NCBI GenBank assembly: GCA_019058315.1
Contig: JAHPZH010000002.1
Span: 941,910-1,005,909, forward strand
Direction: 5' to 3'
Source: Candidatus Helarchaeota archaeon
Lineage (GTDB): Archaea; Asgardarchaeota; Lokiarchaeia; Helarchaeales; RDOG01
DNA: 64,000 nucleotides
A program made the translations under genes and the position numbers. Positions within the stretch are counted from its first letter, which is position 1. Each line of letters opens with the position of its first letter. Positions 1 to 8,918 of the stretch are shown here, in pieces. The notes under the pieces were generated by a model, which searched no databases, had not been told where the DNA came from, and worked only from the letters and a program-made list of their open reading frames with translations.

Positions 1-624
1 TTAAAACTAACAACCCTTCAAAAAGATGCTCTCTACGAGCTTGGCAATATAGGTGCAGGAAATGCAGCTAATGCCTTATTTCAGATGGTTAACATGAAAG
101 TTGAAGTAAATATTCCTAAAGTTGAGATTGTAGATATAAATCAATATTTTAATACACTTTTTAATGATACTGAAAAAATATTTATTTCGAGGAGCCAGAT
201 AAACGATAAGATACAAGCAACTCTATTACTTATATTTAGACTTCCAGAATTATTGAAATTATTATCAATTATTGAAAATGAGAAAAATATTGAAAATAAG
301 AACATTAATAAATTACAAGATTTATCGATTAGCAGTGAAAATGTAGCAACAAAGCTTGCGAATACTTTAATTGGTCAATATATAGAAACAATGGGGCATT
401 TATTAGGATTTAAACTAAATATTAAGTCACCAACAATAAGTTTAGATATAAGACAAAATATACTTAATAATATAAAGGAAGAAGTAAAATATATTCAAAA
501 ATTAGCTCTTATAATTAATACTAATTTAATTAATAGTGATATTAAAAATTCTGGATTATTTTTATTGATACCGAATGTTAAAACACTACCAACATTACTA
601 AATATGTTATTTGATTTTAAATAA
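1..624 (+). CDS. cheC: CheC-family chemotaxis phosphatase, 5'-truncated by window edge
   Basis: Frame is open from base 1: LKLTTLQKDALYELGNIGAGNAANALFQM, with the CheC D-x3-E-x2-N motif. Lies upstream of cheR/cheB. Confidence 0.85.
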   Translation, partial: LKLTTLQKDALYELGNIGAGNAANALFQMVNMKVEVNIPKVEIVDINQYFNTLFNDTEKIFISRSQINDKIQATLLLIFRLPELLKLLSIIENEKNIENKNINKLQDLSISSENVATKLANTLIGQYIETMGHLLGFKLNIKSPTISLDIRQNILNNIKEEVKYIQKLALIINTNLINSDIKNSGLFLLIPNVKTLPTLLNMLFDFK

Positions 625-679
625 CGGGAGAATCAAAAACTGAATAAATTAATTTATTTAAAAGGAAGTTTAACTTAAT

Positions 680-1780
680 TTGGAACGACAGTCTTTTAAT
701 AAAAATCAAATCAAATTAACTAAACTTGATAGTATAAAAATTAATGAGGAATTATATCAGAAAATTATTCGATTTTTAAACAAAGAAACGCAATTAAATT
801 TTAGCTTTTATAGAAGAAATTTTATAGAGAAAAGACTAAAATTACGAATGATTAGATTAGAATATAAGGAACTTGAATCTTATTATAAACATTTAATATC
901 TAATAAAGATGAAATAGAAAAATTTATGGAAAGTTTTAATATAAATTATACACATTTTTTTAGAAACTGGGAAGTATTTGAGCAATTTCAAAATATATTT
1001 ATCCAATCATTAAATCATCAAATACAATACATTAATAGTAAACTGAAACCAGATCCTTCAAAAATTATCAGCAAGAAGAAAGAAATTAAAAAGAATGAGA
1101 AAACATCTAGGGAGATTTTAAGAAAAAATAATTCGAGTTATTATGGAATTACCCAAAATTCTATTAAAAATGAAAATTTAAAAAAATTTTTAAAGCACAC
1201 TTCAATATATCGAAAAATTGAGGCAAACAAATATTCTCATAACATAAATCCAATACTCATCTGGTCATGTCCTTGTGCTTCCGGAGAAGAACCATATTCG
1301 ATTGCTATGATTTTAGATAATCTAAAAATACAAATCAAAAATTTTCCAGAATTTAAAATAGTTGCCTCAGATATTGATATGAGTGCTATAAATAAAGCGA
1401 AAATTGGAATATTTTATGATAATTCAACAAAGGAAATTTCTAATTTTTATGAGTTAAAATATTTTAAGAAAAAAAAGATACCATATGGAAATGAATATGA
1501 GCTTAATGAAAAAATAAAAAATTCTGTTGAATTCATAAGAGAAGATATTACAAAAGCTCATAAAAAAAGCTGGCAATATGATATTATTTTTTGCCGTTAT
1601 CTAATGATTTATTTAAATAAAGAAAAAAGAGATGATTTTATAAAAGTAATAGAAAAGAAATTAGCTTGGGGAGGACTATTATTTTTAGGCAAAACAGAAA
1701 CTCTGTTAAATGTTTCCTGCAATCTTAAGCTTGTTGATTCAAAAAATCACATATATTTAAAAACTCTGTCTAATAATTGA
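680..1780 (+). CDS. cheR: Chemotaxis protein-glutamate O-methyltransferase CheR
   Basis: INYTHFFRN, IWSCPCASGEEPYSIAM, ASDID, YDIIFCRYLMIY and GGLLFLGKTE motifs; Lys-rich internal insertion. Confidence 0.92.
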   Translation: MERQSFNKNQIKLTKLDSIKINEELYQKIIRFLNKETQLNFSFYRRNFIEKRLKLRMIRLEYKELESYYKHLISNKDEIEKFMESFNINYTHFFRNWEVFEQFQNIFIQSLNHQIQYINSKLKPDPSKIISKKKEIKKNEKTSREILRKNNSSYYGITQNSIKNENLKKFLKHTSIYRKIEANKYSHNINPILIWSCPCASGEEPYSIAMILDNLKIQIKNFPEFKIVASDIDMSAINKAKIGIFYDNSTKEISNFYELKYFKKKKIPYGNEYELNEKIKNSVEFIREDITKAHKKSWQYDIIFCRYLMIYLNKEKRDDFIKVIEKKLAWGGLLFLGKTETLLNVSCNLKLVDSKNHIYLKTLSNN

Positions 1781-2979
1781 TGAAAATGGTAATAAGAGTT
1801 ATAGTTGCAGATGATTCTTCCTATCAAAGAACAATGATATCTAAAATGATATCTGAGCATGAGAAAATAGAAGTAATAGATACTGCAAGGAATGGAGAGG
1901 AGGCAGTTGAGAAAGTTTTAAAATTTCAACCGGATGTTTTATTATTAGATTTAATAATGCCTAAATTAGGTGGTTTAGAAGCATTAAAAAGAATAAGGCT
2001 TAAATATCCAGTACCAACAATAGTTTTTTCAGTTTTAGATCCAAAAACATTGGATTCATCAGTTAAGGCACTCCTTCTAGGAGCATTTGATTATATAATT
2101 AAACCTGGTGGAATATGGAAGGTAGAACTTCCAAAATTTAAAAAACAATTAATTTCAAAAATTATTTTGGCATATAAATCAAAAAAAATTAAACAATTTA
2201 ATAAGAAAAGCGAAAAAAAAATTATTCCGGACATTAAAACACAGAAACGAATTAATACGTTTAAATCTGAAAAAATAAAATACGAAATTAAAGAAAACTT
2301 TCCAAAACCTACTTTTAAAAATAATAAAGGCTTGAATTTAGATATAATTGTTATAGGTACTAGCGTAGGAGGTCCTAAAACCTTAAGATCAATTTTAAAA
2401 AAAATTCCAAAAAAATTTACTTGTCCTATATTAATTGTTCAACATTTGAATTCCAATTTTATGGAGATGTTTGCAAATAATTTAAATGAAATATGTAAAT
2501 TAAATGTAAAAGTCGCAGAAAATGATGAAATTATCCATTCTGGTAATATATATTTGGCTCCAGGAGGTAAACATATGGAGATTATCAGAAGGAATAACAA
2601 ACCATTAATAAGAGTATTTACTGGAGACCCAATTAATTTTTGTAAACCTTCTGTTGATCCATTATTTATTTCAGCAGCTCGTATCTTTAAGAATCAAGTA
2701 TTGGGAATTATTTTGACAGGAATTGGATTTGATGGCACTGAGGGACTTAAAGCAATTAGATTAGCTGGTGGAATAACTATTGCTGAATCTCAAGAAACTT
2801 GTGTAGTTTTTGGAATGCCAAAAGTGGCCATAGAAAAAGGTGCAGCTGAAATTATAGTACCAAATTATCAGATAATTGATTATATGGTTAAATTTTCAAA
2901 TAGATTTAAATATAGGATATCAGATAGATCCTATTTAGGTGAGGGCGATATAAATGAACGAGGAAATGAAACAAATTAA
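1777..2979 (+). CDS. cheB: Chemotaxis response regulator methylesterase CheB
   Basis: N-terminal receiver domain (VADDS, LLDLIMP); methylesterase motifs GTSVGGP, VQHL, KPSVD, LTGIGFDG, VVFGMP. Confidence 0.95.
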   Translation: MMKMVIRVIVADDSSYQRTMISKMISEHEKIEVIDTARNGEEAVEKVLKFQPDVLLLDLIMPKLGGLEALKRIRLKYPVPTIVFSVLDPKTLDSSVKALLLGAFDYIIKPGGIWKVELPKFKKQLISKIILAYKSKKIKQFNKKSEKKIIPDIKTQKRINTFKSEKIKYEIKENFPKPTFKNNKGLNLDIIVIGTSVGGPKTLRSILKKIPKKFTCPILIVQHLNSNFMEMFANNLNEICKLNVKVAENDEIIHSGNIYLAPGGKHMEIIRRNNKPLIRVFTGDPINFCKPSVDPLFISAARIFKNQVLGIILTGIGFDGTEGLKAIRLAGGITIAESQETCVVFGMPKVAIEKGAAEIIVPNYQIIDYMVKFSNRFKYRISDRSYLGEGDINERGNETN

Positions 2980-4108
2980 ACATGAACTTAATGAAAAAGC
3001 AAAAAAATTGGATTTTATTTTTCTATTTACCAATATTTGTCTAACTAAAGATATCAAAATAAAGGAAATTTTAGAAAAGCTAATTGAATTAATACAAACT
3101 GCTTGGCAATTTCCAGATTCAACAGCTGTCAGAATTAAATATGGTAATATTGAATATAAAACAGAAAATTTTAGGGAAACAAATTGGAAATTAATGGAAA
3201 AAATCGAAATAATGGAAAAGGTTCTTTCAATAGAAATCTATTCTCTTGAAGAAAATACATTTCTCCCAGATGAAAAAGAGTTAATAAAAGAAATTCTAAA
3301 TCGATTGAAGCCTATAATAGAGCTTGAAAATTTGAAGCTAAAATTAAAGGAGAAAAAAAGTGAAGGTTTGAATAAGTTGTCTATGCTCTCTGAAAAATCG
3401 GGTCTTTCTATGCAAGAATTGATACAGACAACCGTTAATGCAGAATTAGAACAATTTGCTTATGTAACATCGAAAGATCTTCAAGAACCGTTACGCATGG
3501 TATCAACCTATGTAAACTTACTCTCCAAAACTCTTAAAGATGAACTTGATGATGAGACAGAAGAATATATTACCTTCATTATAGATGGTGTGAAGAGAAT
3601 GCAGAAATTGATAGACGATTTAGTCGCTTTATCATATATAAGTAAAGAAGGGAAAGATTTCAAACCTACAAATTTTAATAATGCTGTAGAACTAGCAATT
3701 GATATTTTAAAAGAAGCAATTGACGATTCAAATACAGTTATAACTAAAGATGAATTACCAACAATACTGGCAGATGAATCTCAAATAATCCAATTATTTA
3801 AAAATCTCATTGGAGTTTCTATCATATTTCGTGGTGAAGAAAATCCCCAAATACATATCTCCGCTAAACAAATCGATGATTATTGGGAATTTTCATTACA
3901 TGATAATGGAGTCAGTATAGCTCCTTCATACTATGAACGAACTTTTGTCAATTTGCAGCGTTTAAATATGAGAGAGGAATATTTAGGAACAGGTATGGGA
4001 CTAGCAATAAGTAAAAGAATAATAGAACGACATGGTGGGAAAATAAGGTTGAAGCCACTCTCAGATAATGAAACAGTAATTTACTTCACAATTCCAATTA
4101 TTAAATAA
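2954..4108 (+). CDS. Sensor histidine kinase-like protein (HisKA/HATPase), probably catalytically degenerate
   Basis: ELEQFAYVTSKDLQEPLRMV (H-box with K at the His position), QLFKNLIGVSIIF, DNGVSI, GTGMGLAISKRIIERHGGKI. Confidence 0.85.
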   Translation: MNEEMKQIKHELNEKAKKLDFIFLFTNICLTKDIKIKEILEKLIELIQTAWQFPDSTAVRIKYGNIEYKTENFRETNWKLMEKIEIMEKVLSIEIYSLEENTFLPDEKELIKEILNRLKPIIELENLKLKLKEKKSEGLNKLSMLSEKSGLSMQELIQTTVNAELEQFAYVTSKDLQEPLRMVSTYVNLLSKTLKDELDDETEEYITFIIDGVKRMQKLIDDLVALSYISKEGKDFKPTNFNNAVELAIDILKEAIDDSNTVITKDELPTILADESQIIQLFKNLIGVSIIFRGEENPQIHISAKQIDDYWEFSLHDNGVSIAPSYYERTFVNLQRLNMREEYLGTGMGLAISKRIIERHGGKIRLKPLSDNETVIYFTIPIIK

Positions 4109-4190
4109 AGTGAATAATTATTAATTTTTTAAATTTCATTAAGAATAAAAAAACTTAATTATTATTTTCTAAAAGATTTAATAATAATTT

Positions 4191-5012
4191 TTAATCTTTA
4201 GATGAATAGGAAACTAATTTTTCTTTTAAATCTTCAGCTAAATCTCCTAATCGAGAAGCTGTTGTTGTGAGTTCTTCCATAGAAGCAGTCTGCTCTTCTG
4301 TGGATGCATTAATTGTCTCTAGAGATTCGAAAGATATCTTAATCTTTTCTATTATATCATTGATTCCTTTATTAGTAACAGATATTGAGTTTTTTGAATC
4401 CTCTGCTAATTTTCGAACCTCAGCTGCAACTACTGCGAATCCACGGCCATGTTCACCTGCTCTACCTGCTTCTATACTAGCATTTAACGCAAGTAAATTT
4501 GTTTGTTCTGAAATATTTATCAAAATATCCAAAATATTACGGATTTCACTTGAAGATTCCATTATTTCTTGACCAAGACTTGTGATTTGATTTGTAGTTG
4601 AAGCGATCTCTTCAGATGAGGCATTAACTTCGCTGGCACTCGCGGCCAATTCACTAGCAATATTTGATACATTTATTGATGACTCCTTACTCGCTTTAAG
4701 GACATTATTGATCGTTTCATGTTGTTCTATAATGATTTTACCTGAGTAGTATAAAGAATATAGAAAAGTTATAATTATGAGACTGGCGCATATTACAAAA
4801 ACAATTGCTTCACTAGGAAATACAACAAAATGAAAAGCAGCAGATTCGACTATTAATATGTATGAAACAACTTGTGTTAGCATAACTTTAAACGCTAATG
4901 AGCTAATGTTTGATTTAAAATAATACTTAAATGCTATAAGTATTGCTATACAAATGAATGGAACAACATAGATATAAAATTCAATAGGTACTATCATCTC
5001 TTCTGCAAGCAT
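4191..5012 (-). CDS. Methyl-accepting chemotaxis protein (about 3 TM plus short signalling domain)
   Basis: MCP hairpin tip [38 protein letters not shown]; N-terminal hydrophobic helices. Confidence 0.92.
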   Translation of the reverse strand: MLAEEMIVPIEFYIYVVPFICIAILIAFKYYFKSNISSLAFKVMLTQVVSYILIVESAAFHFVVFPSEAIVFVICASLIIITFLYSLYYSGKIIIEQHETINNVLKASKESSINVSNIASELAASASEVNASSEEIASTTNQITSLGQEIMESSSEIRNILDILINISEQTNLLALNASIEAGRAGEHGRGFAVVAAEVRKLAEDSKNSISVTNKGINDIIEKIKISFESLETINASTEEQTASMEELTTTASRLGDLAEDLKEKLVSYSSKD

Positions 5013-5197
5013 TATTTTTCACATTTTTATTATTGTTTTGAAGTAAGAAAGCAGCAAATAATTTAAACCTTATCAAATTACTATATCAATTTTTAGAAAA
5101 AATAGGTAGCAAACATTCATTTGAAAATTTTATCAAAAAATTGTTGCTAAAGATATGGATTTCATTACTGATAAGATAAAATAAAATTTAGATGATT

Positions 5198-5875
5198 TTA
5201 ATCTGATCGATTCATTTTTTTTATTTTTTCCAAAAAATATTCATCAACAACTTTTAATTTAGGTCGTTGATATTTTTCACTTAATTCAATTATAATTTCA
5301 TTATAATCAATAATAAACTCTCTCACGCCTTTCATAAACTTAAAGTAACTTTTTGGTGTAATTTTCTTCCCTTCTTGTTTTTCTTTACTTTTAAGCTCTC
5401 TAAAGATTTCTTTTCTGATAATACTATCCCACAAAGGAAAAAAATCGGGAACTAATAGATGGAGAAATTTTCCTGTAGCTGTCGATGCAAGGATACCATT
5501 GAAGATTTCAAAATGTTTATTAATCTGTTTTTTCCATTTATTATCATTTAAATCAGTATTTTCTATCTTTAAAGATTGATATTTGATTAAATCCTTACAA
5601 TGCTCTTTAACTGATTCAATTATGTCATAAGTCCAACTCTTCCTTTTTTCTGTATTAAGAACTCTTCCCATATTTCCCCAAATTAACAAATATGTCCGTA
5701 TTGGACCTTTTATATCACTTTCATCAATTTCACATAAATTAATCTTTTTTGTAAATTGAAGACAATTATTATAGATTATATCTGTAGCAAATTTCCATTC
5801 ATGTTCATGGTTTTTTACTAGATCCTCAATTTCTTTTTGGGCAGGTTTTAAGATTGAACTGTTTCTATCAGTCAA
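5198..5875 (-). CDS. Hypothetical protein, possible HhH/DNA-glycosylase-like fold
   Basis: 225-aa ORF; TATGKFLHLLVPDFFPLWDS and a late VVDEY resemble HhH-like families (inference). Confidence 0.5.
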   Translation of the reverse strand: MTDRNSSILKPAQKEIEDLVKNHEHEWKFATDIIYNNCLQFTKKINLCEIDESDIKGPIRTYLLIWGNMGRVLNTEKRKSWTYDIIESVKEHCKDLIKYQSLKIENTDLNDNKWKKQINKHFEIFNGILASTATGKFLHLLVPDFFPLWDSIIRKEIFRELKSKEKQEGKKITPKSYFKFMKGVREFIIDYNEIIIELSEKYQRPKLKVVDEYFLEKIKKMNRSD

Positions 5876-5991
5876 ATATAATCTCTCAAAATACTCAATT
5901 ATTCGTTAAAAATATTTGTAATAAATAGTCAAAAATATTTTTAATAAAGTTCTTTTTATTTTTTAAATTTAAATGATTTATGAGTGGAATA

Positions 5992-6004
5992 TAACTGCGA
6001 TTAT
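5992..6004 (+). repeat. Right half (TAACTGCGATTAT) of the 28-bp array site; leftmost site
   Basis: Exact match to the right arm of the full copies; left arm and core differ (GAGTGGAATA). Confidence 0.65.
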
Positions 6005-6174
6005 GAGACACTAAGAAAATACAGAAACTAAAAAAAAGAAATTTGGTTTATAGAATCTTTAAAACGAGGGGAATTTCTATTTCTCAACAATAAAGAAGAT
6101 TCTAATTTAAAAACTTTTAAATAATTTTTCTTAAAAATACAATTAATTCCTTTTTTAAAAAGAAGGTTAAAAAT

Positions 6175-6714
6175 ATGAATAAAGCAGGAGCAGCAGCAGT
6201 AATTTTTTTCCTGTTAGCTGCTGGAGCCATCGGCTATATAGCCTATGAAACGATGCAACCTACTCCTATAGACCCAGGTACTGCGTTATATATATACGAG
6301 AAAATTTTTCCGCCACCTCCACAAAGAAATACTTGGTACACAAAATATGACAGTTATAAATATACAAATCCAGCCTTAACTAACATACTTTTCAGTGAAT
6401 TACGAATAGAATTTGAAATTAGACCTGGAGAACATGTATTATTTAGTTTTTCGACACAAATTTTTCTTCCTTCTGGTGGACCCTTTACGGCAGCTGCCTT
6501 TTTCGTTGTTGATGGAATTGATAAAGAAGCTGGTTATCCATCTTGCGGTGTTGCAATGGATACATCAGATGGTGCGAGTATTCAAAGTTGCTCAATGTTA
6601 ATGGCCCTTTCCTTATCTCCGGGAACACACAACGTTACAGTTAAGATTATTGGGACTGACACAGGAATAAGATTTTCTGACACTAGTATGGCAGTCCAAA
6701 CTTATACAACTTAA
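6175..6714 (+). CDS. N-terminally anchored or secreted beta-sandwich protein
   Basis: Hydrophobic N-terminus, Pro-rich linker, LSPGTHNVTV; similar to 41230..41772. Confidence 0.7.
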   Translation: MNKAGAAAVIFFLLAAGAIGYIAYETMQPTPIDPGTALYIYEKIFPPPPQRNTWYTKYDSYKYTNPALTNILFSELRIEFEIRPGEHVLFSFSTQIFLPSGGPFTAAAFFVVDGIDKEAGYPSCGVAMDTSDGASIQSCSMLMALSLSPGTHNVTVKIIGTDTGIRFSDTSMAVQTYTT

Positions 6715-6745
6715 TTTTTTTTTATTAAATCTGAAAAAATGATTT

Positions 6746-6773
6746 ATACCCAATTTCAGACTTAACTGCGATT
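6746..6773 (+). repeat. 28-bp putative recombination site, copy 1
   Basis: ATACCCAATTTCAGACTTAACTGCGATT (consensus). Confidence 0.9.
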
Positions 6774-6937
6774 TTGAAAAATTGAAATTTAGAAGTTTCT
6801 CATTTTATGTAGTGATTTATAATTATTTTTTAACCTGTTATTGGTGAAGGGATGTTCAGAGAAACTTTATTGCCACAAGTTTAAATTTATATTAAATAAT
6901 TATGAGATCTAAATCAGTATATTAGGAGATATAAATC

Positions 6938-7879
6938 TTGGAATTTAAAGAAGCAAAAAAGATAGAAGCAGAAAAGATAGAAAAAAATTTTAGAAATGGT
7001 CCATTTCAAGAGTATAAAGATAAATGTAAGGATATTAAAGGAGAGTTTTCAATTGATGATGCGGGATTTGAGATTTTTCAGGGCCCAATTCTAAATTATA
7101 ATCCAATTATGATAATTGGTTTTAATCCCGGATATGGGAAGAAGGCAGGACCGGCTCAAAAAAACTTAGAACATAGAATATATTATAATATCCACTCTAT
7201 TTATGACACATTTTTAGAAAAGAGAATAAAAGGAGATTATACATATTTTGCTAGAAATCTAAGGAGATATTTTTGTTTTATTTTTCTAAATGAAGAACAA
7301 GCTAATTATAAACACACTTGTATTAATAGGCAATATTTGAAGGAGCGGAAAAGTCATGAAATTGATTCTTCTGCTCAATTTATGGATTATTGTATGAGCT
7401 GCCCACCTGTGGTTCAAAGTAGAAAATGGTTTAAATTAGAAAAAAATGAAATTTCCATACCATTTAAAATATTAGCAAGTGTTTTTGCTACTAACTTGAT
7501 TTTTTTTAAATCACCTGTTGAAGAGAGGCTCCATAATTTAGAGCTTGCCCTTCAATTAAGTCGCTCTATATTAATTGAATTAATAAATAAAGCAAACCCT
7601 AAACTAATAATAACATTCGGAAACGAAGTAGAAGATGAATTAGAGAAATTGCAAAAGGAGAAAAAAATTCGTGAAGACATCAAAATTTGTAGGTTGAATA
7701 ATCCTTCAACAGATAGAAGTGGAGAACTTACAGAACCAGATAACATCGAAAGACTTAAAAAATTGAGAAACTTCATCAAAGAACAGATCCAGAAATCTAG
7801 CGAATTTAGGCAAGAAATAGACTTCATTCTTTATAAAAATAAATTAGAGAAATTAGAGGAATTATTAAAAGTTAGTTGA
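6938..7879 (+). CDS. Uracil-DNA glycosylase superfamily-like protein
   Basis: IMIIGFNPG, TNLIFFKS, PKLIITFG and LNNPS (HPS-like) motifs in UDG order. Confidence 0.55.
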   Translation: MEFKEAKKIEAEKIEKNFRNGPFQEYKDKCKDIKGEFSIDDAGFEIFQGPILNYNPIMIIGFNPGYGKKAGPAQKNLEHRIYYNIHSIYDTFLEKRIKGDYTYFARNLRRYFCFIFLNEEQANYKHTCINRQYLKERKSHEIDSSAQFMDYCMSCPPVVQSRKWFKLEKNEISIPFKILASVFATNLIFFKSPVEERLHNLELALQLSRSILIELINKANPKLIITFGNEVEDELEKLQKEKKIREDIKICRLNNPSTDRSGELTEPDNIERLKKLRNFIKEQIQKSSEFRQEIDFILYKNKLEKLEELLKVS

Positions 7880-7944
7880 CTTACTTAGCAATAAGTAGTC
7901 TTAAAATAAAAAGAGAAGGAAATTATTTTTGTATTTTAGATAAA

Positions 7945-8083
7945 AAAAAATTGCACAAATTAAGCTCTAACTCAAAGTAAAAAGTTGAGCTTGTCAGATT
8001 ATAAATAATTAAATGAAGAACTGGATATTTTAACTGAGAAATTCAAAGATGTTTATAAAAAGGTAAAGGGAAATAAGATAAGT
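7945..8083 (+). pseudogene. Decayed helical-hairpin coding remnant, in frame with the downstream GTPase
   Basis: ALTQSKKLSLSDYK*LNEELDILTEKFKDV (stop at 8006-8008) aligns with the tail of 44737..45396 (SLLKEKSLKLEDYQHLKKELDDLSEKL). Confidence 0.5.
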
Positions 8084-8734
8084 GTGAAGTTAAAATATAA
8101 AATAGCGTTGGTCGGAGATCCTAAAGTAGGAAAGAGTAACCTCCTTAATAGATATATTGACGGAATCTTTAACCCTCCCCCTTCACGAATAGGGGTAAAA
8201 TTTTATCAAAAGACTGTTCAAATTCCAGGAACAAATGAGGAGGCTCGATTTTTATTCTGGGAAATGATTAACAGAAGATTTCAAGGGATAATCGAGCAGC
8301 ATTTCAAGAGCACGAGTGGAGTCATATTAATTTTCGATACTACAAGAAGGGAAACATTTGATAACCTCACTTATTGGCATGATGAAATCAAAGGGCGCAT
8401 CAAAAATGTTGTTCCCGGGATTTTAATTGGGGCTAAAATGGATCTCGTGGACCAAAGAGTGGTATCAACTAAAGAAGCGCAAGAATATGCAGATAAAATT
8501 AAATATGCATACATTGAAACTTCTGCAAAAACAAATCATAACGTTACCAAAGCTTTTAATTTTATGATTAGGGAGCTTCTAATTCCTGAAAAAGCCAAGA
8601 TCGATGAACTTATTAATAAGATAAAGAAAATAGAGAAAGATGGATTAAAATTTACAGAAGAATTCAAAATATTAAAAAAAATTAAAGAATTAAAAAAATT
8701 TAAAGAAGGATTAAATAAGTTGTATGAAGATTAA
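8084..8734 (+). CDS. Rab-like small GTPase with degenerate G3 and C-terminal helical tail
   Basis: G1 GDPKVGKS, IGVKFYQK, G3 FWEMIN, G4 GAKMD, G5 ETSAK. Confidence 0.9.
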   Translation: MKLKYKIALVGDPKVGKSNLLNRYIDGIFNPPPSRIGVKFYQKTVQIPGTNEEARFLFWEMINRRFQGIIEQHFKSTSGVILIFDTTRRETFDNLTYWHDEIKGRIKNVVPGILIGAKMDLVDQRVVSTKEAQEYADKIKYAYIETSAKTNHNVTKAFNFMIRELLIPEKAKIDELINKIKKIEKDGLKFTEEFKILKKIKELKKFKEGLNKLYED

Positions 8735-8870
8735 AAAAAAATTTAGCTTGCATCATAGAACTAACAATTAATTTATACTTTTTTATGCCGTATTATATTG
8801 CAGGAGTTGTAGCAGATAATTTTAAGAAAATATCTGCTGAATTAAGAAAAGAATTGCTATTATGATAATT

Positions 8871-8898
8871 ATACCCAATTTCAGATTTAACTGCGATT
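8871..8898 (+). repeat. 28-bp putative recombination site, copy 2
   Basis: ATACCCAATTTCAGATTTAACTGCGATT (1 mismatch); between convergent genes. Confidence 0.9.
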
Positions 8899-8918
8899 AT
8901 GTTACAAGATGGATAAAC

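Noticed and set aside
6760-6766. Canonical integron attC sites (ACTTAAC fits RYYYAAC)
   Set aside because: I found no matching downstream GTTRRRY with a long hairpin. Conservation is a fixed 28-mer on both sides of the AAC, and no intI is in the window.
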